From: Bradymonadia bacterium
GTDB taxonomy: Bacteria; Myxococcota_A; Bradymonadia; UBA7976; UBA1532
NCBI GenBank assembly: GCA_046290225.1
Contig: JBKAGE010000046.1
Location: forward strand, 1-64,000
Direction: 5' to 3'
Length of the DNA stretch: 64,000 nt
In this document: piece by piece, positions 50,680 through 60,906 of the stretch
How positions within the stretch are numbered: the stretch's first letter is position 1
How the letters are laid out: each line of letters opens with the position of its first letter
Notes under the pieces: model-generated
What the model was told of the DNA's origin: nothing
The model's database searches: none
The model's input: only the letters and a program-made list of their open reading frames with translations
Translations under genes and position numbers: made by a program

Positions 50680-52978
50680 TCAGCTCATCCCTGAAATCAC
50701 GATCGAGGGCTTGCAGCTCGCTGTTTTGCCGTTCGAGCTGACGCGTAATGCGATCGGACTGGTCCTTTTTCTGTTTCCAGGCGACATCGATCAAACCGAC
50801 GTCGGCCTCGAGGACCACCGAATCTACCCGTTCGAGCACCATATTGAAGCTACGGGCGGCGATGCGGCCACTGAGGGATTCGGTCTCCCCCTGATAGGCC
50901 AGCAGCTCACCGTCGTATTGCTCCACACGGGCTCGCTCGCGAACGAGCTGCCGTTTCAGATCAGCCACCTTGTCGTCGACGAGGGCGCCCGCCTGGGACA
51001 GGAACGCCCGGGCTCGGCGCTCCGACTCGCTCAGCTGACGCGTGATCTCACCGGAGATCGGGGCGCCGTTCCGAGCAAGCCATGCCGCTTCGCGATCCAG
51101 GGCCTCGACGAGACGCTTGCGAATGCGCTCGTCGTAGACCGTGGCCTCGTCGTTGGTGCCGATCTGAAGGCGATCATCTGAGATCTTCGCCTTCAGCTTC
51201 TCGAGCTCGTCCTTGAGCGTCTTCATTTCGTTGAGTTCGATGGAGATCCGGCCGAGCAGCTCTTGTCGCTTGCGGACCAGCTGCTCGTCGTCGCGGCTCT
51301 CAGCAACGTAGCGTTCCATGGCCACGAGCTGCGCTTCGAGCCCACGGATCTGAATGCCCACCTTGAAGGCCTCGGCGTCGACGGCAGCGATCTCGTCGTC
51401 GATGCGGGCATCACGAGCCTGAATCTGTACCGCGGAGGTGGGCACCTCGGAGAAAGCCTTGGCCCACTTTTGCCGCTCGGCCTTGAGCCGGGTGTACTGG
51501 CTGTCGTTGGGGTTCGACAGCTTCCGCTCTGCAGTCTCGTTCAGCTTGAGGCGCAGCTTCACCGTCCAGGACAGGATCTCTGCGGCCTTGAGCCAGCCCT
51601 CGTGCAGCTTGGGGAAGATCTCCACCCGGTTGTCCGCGTTCAGAGCGGTCTCGAGCCGTTCGATGATGCGGCGGGCTTCATCGATGGAGCGCTTCTCGGC
51701 GCCGAGCTCACCCACCAGTTCGAGGGCGGTGTCGGCCTCGACCTCACTGCCCGCGAAGGCCTCTGCTCCAGGGGGCAGAATGGAAGACAGCTCGAAGTCG
51801 GCGAGCTCTTCACCGATGAGATCGTGGAAGTAGCGCTCGAGACGGCCCCGCTGAGACTCAGCGAGGCTGCGCATCTGGGCCTGGATCGGGCCAAACTCGA
51901 AGAGCACCTCTTGAAATGCCAGCGAGGCGTCGGTGTAACGCTCGAGCATCATGAGCAACTTGCCCTGCAACAGCCGGGTGTCGGGGCGCTCCAGCACGTC
52001 AGGCTGGCTGATGAGCAGAATCTCAAGGCGCCGGAGGGCTTCCTCGTAGCGGTTCTGCTTCACGGAGATCCAGACGCTCTCGTAGAGGGCATCTTCGAAG
52101 TAGCTCGAGTCACGGGGCACCCGCGTGTACGCCTCGACGGCCTCGGCGAAGAGCCCCAGCTCGTAGTTCACGCGAGCGATGGCCAGCAGCGATAGATCTC
52201 GGATCTCTCGGGCCTGTCGAGTGGGCGCACCACGACCGGCCTGGCCCGCTTTCTCTACTCGAGTCGCCACAGCTTCGAATGCAGCGCGGGCCTCTTCGAG
52301 GCGACCGGCCTCTACGAGGAGTACCGCCTGATAGTAGCGCGCTCTCGGCGCATCGCTGTGGCTGTCAGGTACACGATCGAAGTAGCTCTGGGCCTTGTCC
52401 AGCTCACCACGCTGGTGGTGATACTTGCCTACGGCGTAGAGCAGCACCGGATCAGGCTCGGCCTTGAGCAGGTTGTCGGCGCGCTCCAGCAACTGACGAG
52501 CGGCCTCGTCGTCTTCGGAGATGAGGGCGATCTCGAGGAGACGGCCCACGCCTTTTTGCTGTTGCTCGGCGGTGCCCGCGGTGATCAGCATCTCGTAGAA
52601 ACGAGAGGCGGCGTTGTAATTGCGGATCTGGTACAGCGCGTCGGCGAGGTAGACCAGCGCATCACGCCACGCAGGGTGGGTGCGCACGCGCGGATCTTCT
52701 ACTAGGTCGAGCAGTATCATCGCCGCCCGGACATAGTCACCCGAGAGGTAGTAGAGCTGCCCTTCGCTCAGCCGCGAGGTGATCTGGTAGTTGCGCTCCA
52801 GCAGCTCGGGGGCGAGGTACTGCTGTTCCAAGCCACTCAAGATGCCGGTGATCTGAGAGAGATCTTTGCGCACATCGTCTTCGGGCCCGCTCTGGGCGGT
52901 GCCGGCAAAGAACGCCAGCGCCATGGAGAGCACCCCGGTACGGCGAGCGGTGGCATTGAGCAGAGTGGCCATGTTCAT
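50672..52978 (-). CDS. Periplasmic TPR plus coiled-coil protein (GltC-like position)
   Basis: Signal peptide, TPRs, LAIAR..YE.G....A..AY..VPR.S.YF..ALYE..W, C-terminal ADVGLIDVAW; overlaps the gltD-like start. Confidence 0.75.
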   Translation of the reverse strand: MNMATLLNATARRTGVLSMALAFFAGTAQSGPEDDVRKDLSQITGILSGLEQQYLAPELLERNYQITSRLSEGQLYYLSGDYVRAAMILLDLVEDPRVRTHPAWRDALVYLADALYQIRNYNAASRFYEMLITAGTAEQQQKGVGRLLEIALISEDDEAARQLLERADNLLKAEPDPVLLYAVGKYHHQRGELDKAQSYFDRVPDSHSDAPRARYYQAVLLVEAGRLEEARAAFEAVATRVEKAGQAGRGAPTRQAREIRDLSLLAIARVNYELGLFAEAVEAYTRVPRDSSYFEDALYESVWISVKQNRYEEALRRLEILLISQPDVLERPDTRLLQGKLLMMLERYTDASLAFQEVLFEFGPIQAQMRSLAESQRGRLERYFHDLIGEELADFELSSILPPGAEAFAGSEVEADTALELVGELGAEKRSIDEARRIIERLETALNADNRVEIFPKLHEGWLKAAEILSWTVKLRLKLNETAERKLSNPNDSQYTRLKAERQKWAKAFSEVPTSAVQIQARDARIDDEIAAVDAEAFKVGIQIRGLEAQLVAMERYVAESRDDEQLVRKRQELLGRISIELNEMKTLKDELEKLKAKISDDRLQIGTNDEATVYDERIRKRLVEALDREAAWLARNGAPISGEITRQLSESERRARAFLSQAGALVDDKVADLKRQLVRERARVEQYDGELLAYQGETESLSGRIAARSFNMVLERVDSVVLEADVGLIDVAWKQKKDQSDRITRQLERQNSELQALDRDFRDELSD

Positions 52979-52982
52979 CGCC

Positions 52983-53789
52983 TCAGGGCTTCTTCTCGGC
53001 GCCCTCGTTCAAGCGCGCCGTGGTGGCCTGAGCCTGGAGATCCTGGACTTGCTTGTCGTATCGGATGCTCGGCCGCTCCTGCAGATCAGTGGTGAGGCCG
53101 CCCTTCTCGTACCCGACGATGCGGATCACGGTGCGCTTGCCCTCTTCGGCGTAGAAGGTTTCCGAGGAGCGCAGCTTGAAGACGTACCCTTCGAGGTAAG
53201 AGAAGATGCCGTAGCCGTGACCCCGGTACACCATCACCACGGAGACGGTGTGGTTTCCGGGAGGAATCGGCCCGTCAAGGATGGGGATCTCTTCTCGCTC
53301 GTCGAGGCTGCCCTCACGATCGACGTCCTGATAGATGGGACGCCCGTCGAGGCTGTACGACACCTTCTCAAGCTTGAAGCTGGAGCCCATCTCGTTGCGG
53401 TGCAGCAGCTGGATCTCAGCGCCGGCGATGCCGGTGTCGAGGATGGAGCTCTTGAGCATGTTCAGCCGCACCTTGGACTGAAAGATCTTCTCCTTGAGAT
53501 CGTTCACGCGTCGACGAAGCTGAGTGATTTTCAGCTTATAGGCTTCATCCCCACTCTGAGGTCTGGCAGCGTTGCCCTTGGGCTCCTTCTGTACCTCAAT
53601 GGTGGTTCCGGCAGCGTCGGCGGAGACGCCCTCTTTCGGCGGCGTGCTGGGTGCAGGTCCTTCTTTGGGTGTGGTGCGCCCAGCAGGATCGCCCTGAGGC
53701 TCACCCTGAGCCCAGGCACAGGCGGGGGTCAAAGCCACCCCAGCCAAGATCAAGAGGACACATTGAAGAGCGCTGCGCATGATGTCCAT
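52983..53789 (-). CDS. Secreted hypothetical protein (coiled coil plus beta-sandwich), first gene of the Glt-like cluster
   Basis: Signal peptide AWA-Q, V..LKEKIF.SK.RL..L, H.NEMG..F.L....Y.LDG, Y.G.GYG.FSYL.GY.F. Confidence 0.75.
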   Translation of the reverse strand: MDIMRSALQCVLLILAGVALTPACAWAQGEPQGDPAGRTTPKEGPAPSTPPKEGVSADAAGTTIEVQKEPKGNAARPQSGDEAYKLKITQLRRRVNDLKEKIFQSKVRLNMLKSSILDTGIAGAEIQLLHRNEMGSSFKLEKVSYSLDGRPIYQDVDREGSLDEREEIPILDGPIPPGNHTVSVVMVYRGHGYGIFSYLEGYVFKLRSSETFYAEEGKRTVIRIVGYEKGGLTTDLQERPSIRYDKQVQDLQAQATTARLNEGAEKKP

Positions 53790-53956
53790 CCCTGGATGTG
53801 GCTGCCAATGACGCCTGGTCTGGCAATGTGCGAGTTACCTGACGCCGTAGCATAGGGCCCCGACCGATGTCAAAATGAACTCCGGCGGGGTTTACTCCCT
53901 AATATTTCTTTTATGTCGAAGGCTTACACTCCCCCACGTGTACCCATGGGGCGGTG

Positions 53957-55655
<1,699 letters not shown>

Positions 55656-55656
55656 C

Positions 55657-55905
55657 TCAGTAAACCGAGACGCGCTTGCGGCCGCCGGCGCCGGTCTCGA
55701 ACTTCACCTTGCCGTCGATGAGGGCAAAGAGGGTGTAGTCGCGACCGAGGCCCACGTTGTTGCCAGCGTGGAAGTGGGTACCGCACTGACGCACGAGGAT
55801 GTTACCAGCGCGCACCACCTGGCCGTCGTAACGCTTCACGCCGCGGCGCTGAGCATTCGAATCGCGACCGTTACGGGTAGAGCCCTGACCTTTTTTGTGA
55901 GACAT
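55657..55905 (-). CDS. rpmA: 50S ribosomal protein L27
   Basis: [36 protein letters not shown]. Confidence 0.98.
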   Translation of the reverse strand: MSHKKGQGSTRNGRDSNAQRRGVKRYDGQVVRAGNILVRQCGTHFHAGNNVGLGRDYTLFALIDGKVKFETGAGGRKRVSVY

Positions 55906-55977
55906 GGTTCAAATCTCCTGAAAATGAAGTTGCGTCTCGGGGCCAACAATCTGGCCGCGAGCCCACGCAGTAGAACT

Positions 55978-56286
55978 TCAGGCGTTGATGCCGGTGATCT
56001 CGAGCTCGGTGTAGAGCTGACGATGACCCTGCTTCTTGTGGTAGCCCTTGCGGCGACGCTTCTTGAAAACGATGACCTTCTTGGCCTTTGCCTGGGCGTT
56101 GATGCGAGCAGTGACGCTGGCACCCTCAACGCGGGGCGTGCCCACCTTGACGGTCTCGCCACCGACGAGGAGCACCTCGTCGAGGGTCACGTCGGACCCG
56201 ACCTCACCGTTGAGCTTCTCAACACGGACACGCTGGCCCTGCTCGACCCGATACTGCTTCCCGCCGGTCTTGATGATCGCGTACAT
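55978..56286 (-). CDS. rplU: 50S ribosomal protein L21
   Basis: [21 protein letters not shown]...KK.GHRQ.YT. Confidence 0.98.
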   Translation of the reverse strand: MYAIIKTGGKQYRVEQGQRVRVEKLNGEVGSDVTLDEVLLVGGETVKVGTPRVEGASVTARINAQAKAKKVIVFKKRRRKGYHKKQGHRQLYTELEITGINA

Positions 56287-56362
56287 CGAATAACGCTCTT
56301 GTCTGAATGAACTGTCTAAAAAGGAGACGAACCCCCGGGCTGGCCCGGGCCACGACCGGCGC

Positions 56363-56391
56363 AAGGTAGCGATGGCCTCTGCCCAAGTCAA
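56363..56391 (-). promoter_or_regulatory. Putative sigma70-type promoter of rplU-rpmA
   Basis: TTGACT-N17-TACCTT on the minus strand. Confidence 0.6.
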
Positions 56392-56445
56392 GAGCGATCC
56401 GCGATCAAGCCCCTTCGACGGTGACGATCGCCTCAGGGCACGTGC

Positions 56446-57525
56446 TCAGGAGGCGAAGACCTTCATCTTCTCGGCGTCGGGGTGCTCCACAACGTGGTCT
56501 TCCGTCACCAGCGCCGTGACATAACGCGCAGGGGTCACGTCGAAGGCCGGGTTCTCCACCGGCACCCCCTCGGGTACGATGCGGGTGCCGCCCATGTGCG
56601 TCACCTCGAGATCAGGGCGCCGCTCGATGGGGATGTCGGCCCCCGTGGGCGTACTCAGATCGATCGTGCTCGAGGGTGAGATCACGTAAAATGGCAGGTT
56701 GTGGGCGTGGGCCATGAGGGCCACAGCGTAGGTGCCGATTTTGTTGGCCACGTCGCCATTGGCCGCCACTCGATCCGTGCCCACCACCACAGCGTCGATC
56801 AACCCCCGCTGCATCAAGTGACCCGCCATGTTGTCGGTGATCACCTTCACGGGGATCTGCTCTTTGTGAAGCTCCCATGCAGTGAGGCGTGCGCCCTGAA
56901 GAAACGGCCGGGTCTCGTCAGCGTACACCGAGGACAACCGACCTGAGCGCCACGCCGACCGGATCACGCCCAGGGCAGTGCCATAGCCACCCGTGGCAAG
57001 GCCACCGGCGTTGCAGTGCGTGAGCACCCTGGCGCCCTCGGGCAGCAACGCGGCGCCGCGATCGCCCATGGCCTGACACATGGCGATGTCTTCCGACTTG
57101 ATCGCGTGGGCCTCGGTGAGCAACTGAGCACACACAAAAGCCGGATCATCATGCTCGGCACAGGCGCGGTGCATCACCCCTCGCATGCGCTCGAGGGCCC
57201 AGAACAGGTTCACCGCAGTCGGACGGGTCGCCGCGAGGCCCTCGAAGGCAGGCGCCATGTCGGCGGGCAGCGACTCGATGGAGGTGGTGGGGCCGATCTC
57301 GAGGGCAGCGAGGACGACGCCATATGCCGCGGCGATGCCGATGGCTGGCGCCCCGCGAATCGCCATCTCCTTGATGGTGGCGGCGGCTTCTACCCATGTG
57401 CGGGCCTCGATGTAGATCTCTTCAGTGGGCAGCCGACGTTGATCGATGAGCACCACCCGATCAGGCCCTTGCCCGTCGGCCTCCTGCCATCGAATGGTTT
57501 CGAAGGCGGCATGTACACTCCCCAT
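56446..57525 (-). CDS. mtnA: S-methyl-5-thioribose-1-phosphate isomerase
   Basis: IDQR.LP, IRGAPAIG, RPTAVNL, THCNAG.LAT, ETRP.LQGARLTAWEL, NKIGTY, NPAFDVTP. Confidence 0.96.
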   Translation of the reverse strand: MGSVHAAFETIRWQEADGQGPDRVVLIDQRRLPTEEIYIEARTWVEAAATIKEMAIRGAPAIGIAAAYGVVLAALEIGPTTSIESLPADMAPAFEGLAATRPTAVNLFWALERMRGVMHRACAEHDDPAFVCAQLLTEAHAIKSEDIAMCQAMGDRGAALLPEGARVLTHCNAGGLATGGYGTALGVIRSAWRSGRLSSVYADETRPFLQGARLTAWELHKEQIPVKVITDNMAGHLMQRGLIDAVVVGTDRVAANGDVANKIGTYAVALMAHAHNLPFYVISPSSTIDLSTPTGADIPIERRPDLEVTHMGGTRIVPEGVPVENPAFDVTPARYVTALVTEDHVVEHPDAEKMKVFAS

Positions 57526-57605
57526 GGGAGATTCTCCTACGACACGTTTTGAGATGGGATGGATCTGGCTTGAAGCCTCATGTGAGGGCGCTCACCTGAG
57601 AGGCT

Positions 57606-59744
57606 TCATTTGAGGAGCTCGAGCTTGCGCTTCGCCATGCGCGCATGACGGCCATTGGGATGGGTATCGAGGTACTTCTGGTAGCTCCCCTTCGCCTTCT
57701 CGATCTGCCCGGCGCGCTCATAGGCCACCGAGATGCCGTACATGGCGTCAGCAAAGCGACCGCTGCGACTCAGGGCATCTCTGAAATGCTTGAGCGCCTT
57801 GCTGTGCTGGCCCAGGTCGAGGGCGCACCAACCCAACGCCGAGCGCGGCTCGGGGCTGCGGGGATTCCGGCTCACAGCCTGCTCGAAGAGCTTGGTGGCC
57901 TGCCGGGTGCGACCACGCTCAAGCAGCTTGTCCCCCTTGGTCATCAGTGAGTCGAAGCTCTTCTCCACCACGTCGGTGGTGGCGTTCCCCGCGGGCTTGG
58001 GCGCGCTGGCCTTTGCCAGCGCCTTCGCTTGAGCGAGCTCTGCTTCGAGGCGGCTCTTGAGGGCCGCGGCCACAGGATGCTCGGGGTTACGCTTCAAGGC
58101 ACCCTCGAGCACAGCGATGGCCTCGGGGGTCTTGCCCGCGTGGTGCAGGGTCATCGCCCTGGTGGCCTGGCCTCGGGGCAACGCATCGGTCTCGGCGGTC
58201 AGCGCACTGCTGGCCTTGAGGGCATCATTCTTGTCGGCAGACAGCTGGCTCAAGGCATTCTCGGCCAACTTGAACTGCGGCTGCGCCCCAAGCTGTACTC
58301 TCGCCCTGTCGAGATGCTCCACCGCAGCGGCTCGCTCGCCCTGAATGCGCTGCAGCTCCGCCTCCAAAATCGACAGTTCGAGCCTCTGTGGGCTGATCTG
58401 TCGGGCCTGAGCGAGGGCTTGCTGAGCTGCGGCGATCTGCTCGGAAGGGGCCCGGCCCTCGAGCATGCGGGCATAGTCGCCCTTGATGATGGCTACCCGA
58501 GCGAGCCCTTCGTGGGCACGGGCCTTCAAGGTGTCCGCTTCAGGGCCTTCGGCAGTGAGGGTGAGCACATCGCGATATTGAGCGATGGATGCTTCGAATG
58601 CGGCGTCGCTGTTCTTTGCAAGTGCCGCGTCACCGGCCGCGAGCGAGGCTCGGGCTTCGGAAAGGTCCGGCACAGGGGGTGCGGTATCAGAAGGTGCGGT
58701 CTCAGGGGCGCCGATGGCCCCCTCTGCGCCTTGCTTCGTATTGCCCTTGAGCGTGTTGGGCGCAGTCTCGGTCTTCGTCGGCGCACCCTTGGCCGTGTCG
58801 TTGACAGCGAGCCGGGGCTGCTCCTGCGTCGTCTGCCCCTTCTGTCCGCCCTCGCCCTTGGGCTTCAGGTAGAAGACGTACACCGCCACCAGCACGGCGG
58901 CGCACAAGCCCACGCCAGCAAGGAACGGCCAGAAAGATCCCCTGCGTTCACGGGAAGGCTCCTCCTCGAGTTGAACATCGAGGGACTCGGGGTTTCGGAG
59001 CGGGATGCCGTCATCAGCCCACGCTGCCTGCTCTGCAAAAACCGGGGGTGCAACCTGGCTGCGCTCTATGGTGGGTGACCCGTCACCGGGGAACGGCGTC
59101 AGTTGCTGAATGGTTGGGAGATCAGGCGGACTGATTTGAGGCGGTGGCAGATCGATGGGCACAGCACCTGGCGCGATCTCTTCAGCGGGATCGAGAGACT
59201 GAGCGGCCCTCAGATCGAGGGTGGGGGCCTGCTCCATCACCCTGATCTTCTCCACCTCGGGAGGCGTCGCGGGGATGGGTGTGGGCCCTGCAGGCAGTGG
59301 GGGCGGCGGCTGGACCGGCGGAGGCGTGACCCGCGGGGGCTGCGTGCTCACCGAGTCGATGCCCTCCACTGCGAGGAAGAAGCTCGACAGCTCGACGATC
59401 TCGCCGAGGGGTTTCCAACGTGCACCCGTCCGAGACATCACGTCTGTTCGGCCGACCTTGCGCTCGATGATCCAACGCTGGAGGGTGCCGAAGTTGTAGA
59501 GCTCGAGCTGCTCGCCGTTGCTCTTTTTGATCTTCCAGGGCTGGTCGGGCTCTGCTGAGCCGGCAAGGGCGGCGTCGACCACCACCTTGGGCTCGTGATC
59601 GAGTGTGCTGGTCCCCTGCTCGGCACCGGGCTTGACGTTGAACACGTCGCCACAATGACTGCAGCGCACGTCGAGGCCCTCAGGGGGGATGCGGGACTCG
59701 TCGAAATCATACTGTGTACCGCAGTGCGGGCAGGTTGCGTCCAT
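57606..59744 (-). CDS. Zinc-ribbon (MJ0042-type) plus GYF-like, TM and periplasmic TPR protein
   Basis: CPHC.T.Y...VRCSHC, W...LQRWI.E......WKPL.EI.EL, Pro-rich linker, single TM, C-terminal TPRs. Confidence 0.8.
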   Translation of the reverse strand: MDATCPHCGTQYDFDESRIPPEGLDVRCSHCGDVFNVKPGAEQGTSTLDHEPKVVVDAALAGSAEPDQPWKIKKSNGEQLELYNFGTLQRWIIERKVGRTDVMSRTGARWKPLGEIVELSSFFLAVEGIDSVSTQPPRVTPPPVQPPPPLPAGPTPIPATPPEVEKIRVMEQAPTLDLRAAQSLDPAEEIAPGAVPIDLPPPQISPPDLPTIQQLTPFPGDGSPTIERSQVAPPVFAEQAAWADDGIPLRNPESLDVQLEEEPSRERRGSFWPFLAGVGLCAAVLVAVYVFYLKPKGEGGQKGQTTQEQPRLAVNDTAKGAPTKTETAPNTLKGNTKQGAEGAIGAPETAPSDTAPPVPDLSEARASLAAGDAALAKNSDAAFEASIAQYRDVLTLTAEGPEADTLKARAHEGLARVAIIKGDYARMLEGRAPSEQIAAAQQALAQARQISPQRLELSILEAELQRIQGERAAAVEHLDRARVQLGAQPQFKLAENALSQLSADKNDALKASSALTAETDALPRGQATRAMTLHHAGKTPEAIAVLEGALKRNPEHPVAAALKSRLEAELAQAKALAKASAPKPAGNATTDVVEKSFDSLMTKGDKLLERGRTRQATKLFEQAVSRNPRSPEPRSALGWCALDLGQHSKALKHFRDALSRSGRFADAMYGISVAYERAGQIEKAKGSYQKYLDTHPNGRHARMAKRKLELLK

Positions 59745-59747
59745 GAC

Positions 59748-60842
59748 TCACTCTCCCTTCGAGGTCGAGGCCTTCTGATCTCTCAGGGCTCTGTAGCGAC
59801 GCAGTGACAGCTTTGCCTCATGCTGGCGACCGGTTTTGTGCAACGCCGCAGCGAGATAGCGATGAACCTCCGCTGGAGCGTCTTCATCTGCAGCGATCTC
59901 TTCGAATAGCTGAGCAGCAGCGGTGAATTTCTCGGCATCGTATGCCGCCACGGCACGCACGACCCGATCATCCTTCGAGGGCGTCGCAGCGACGGAGGAA
60001 GCGATCTCGGGTGCCTGCTCGGCCACGGGCAAGCTCAGCCAGCCCATCTGCACCGAGAGCACCATCGCCACTACGGTGACCGCAGCCCCCCCGATGGTGG
60101 ACCACAAGATGAAACCGAGGCCCAGAGTGCCCCCGTCGGTCTCTACCTTGGATTGCAGCAACAGATCGACAGAGGATCGGCGCGGATGAGCTGCAGGCTC
60201 GGGGGCCGGCGCCACCTCGACCACCTGTGGGGGCATTTCCGCGAGGGGGGGCGCCACCGACGGTGGGCCCGCTGACTGACCACCGATCCGGGCCAGCAAC
60301 TCGGGGTGGGACTCTGGCGGCAGAAACTGGCCGTGACCGCGAGCGATGGCATACGCGGTCAAATTGGAACGACCTTCGAGCCAGTTGGCCGCCGCCTCGA
60401 GAGAGTCGAGCTCATAGATCGTGCCCCGGTCATTGCGGATGCGCCACTTCTCCTCCCCGAGGGCCAGCCGGGCCAGGGAGTCATCGAAATCATCAGCCGA
60501 GGTAGAGACGGTGAGCGCCTGATGGGCATTGCTGATGGCGGTGGCCTGGCCCACTTCGTCGAGATCGACGCCGGAGGCTCGAGGGATGTTGAGGGCCTCC
60601 ATCTCCACGGCGAGGGTGTTCTCGCCCCCTTCGTCGTCATCCCAGGGGATGCCCCCAGCAGGCATGGCGGCCTCGAGAGGCGCCAGCAATGTGCGGCTGT
60701 CGACGCCGCTCACATCGAGGGTGGCGTCTTCGTGATAGACGGTGAATGGCCGCCCACACGCCTGACACACCACGGTCTCCGAGCCCCCCATCGGCGGCTC
60801 GGCCTCGTTGAACGCCCCACAGTGTCGACACTCGACTCGCAC
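59748..60842 (-). CDS. Zinc-ribbon plus degenerate GYF-like, TM and TPR protein
   Basis: VECRHC...VCQAC, WRIR...G..Y...L..W, TM, one TPR; GTG start with GGAG RBS. Confidence 0.7.
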   Translation of the reverse strand: MRVECRHCGAFNEAEPPMGGSETVVCQACGRPFTVYHEDATLDVSGVDSRTLLAPLEAAMPAGGIPWDDDEGGENTLAVEMEALNIPRASGVDLDEVGQATAISNAHQALTVSTSADDFDDSLARLALGEEKWRIRNDRGTIYELDSLEAAANWLEGRSNLTAYAIARGHGQFLPPESHPELLARIGGQSAGPPSVAPPLAEMPPQVVEVAPAPEPAAHPRRSSVDLLLQSKVETDGGTLGLGFILWSTIGGAAVTVVAMVLSVQMGWLSLPVAEQAPEIASSVAATPSKDDRVVRAVAAYDAEKFTAAAQLFEEIAADEDAPAEVHRYLAAALHKTGRQHEAKLSLRRYRALRDQKASTSKGE

Positions 60843-60880
60843 GTCTCTCCGATCAGGCCTCTGGCCTGTGATTGAGGCCA

Positions 60881-60906
60881 GTCAATCGTACACGTCAATC
60901 GTACAC
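60881..60906. repeat. 13-bp tandem duplication of the pcrA 3' end including its stop codon
   Basis: GTCAATCGTACAC twice. Confidence 0.85.
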
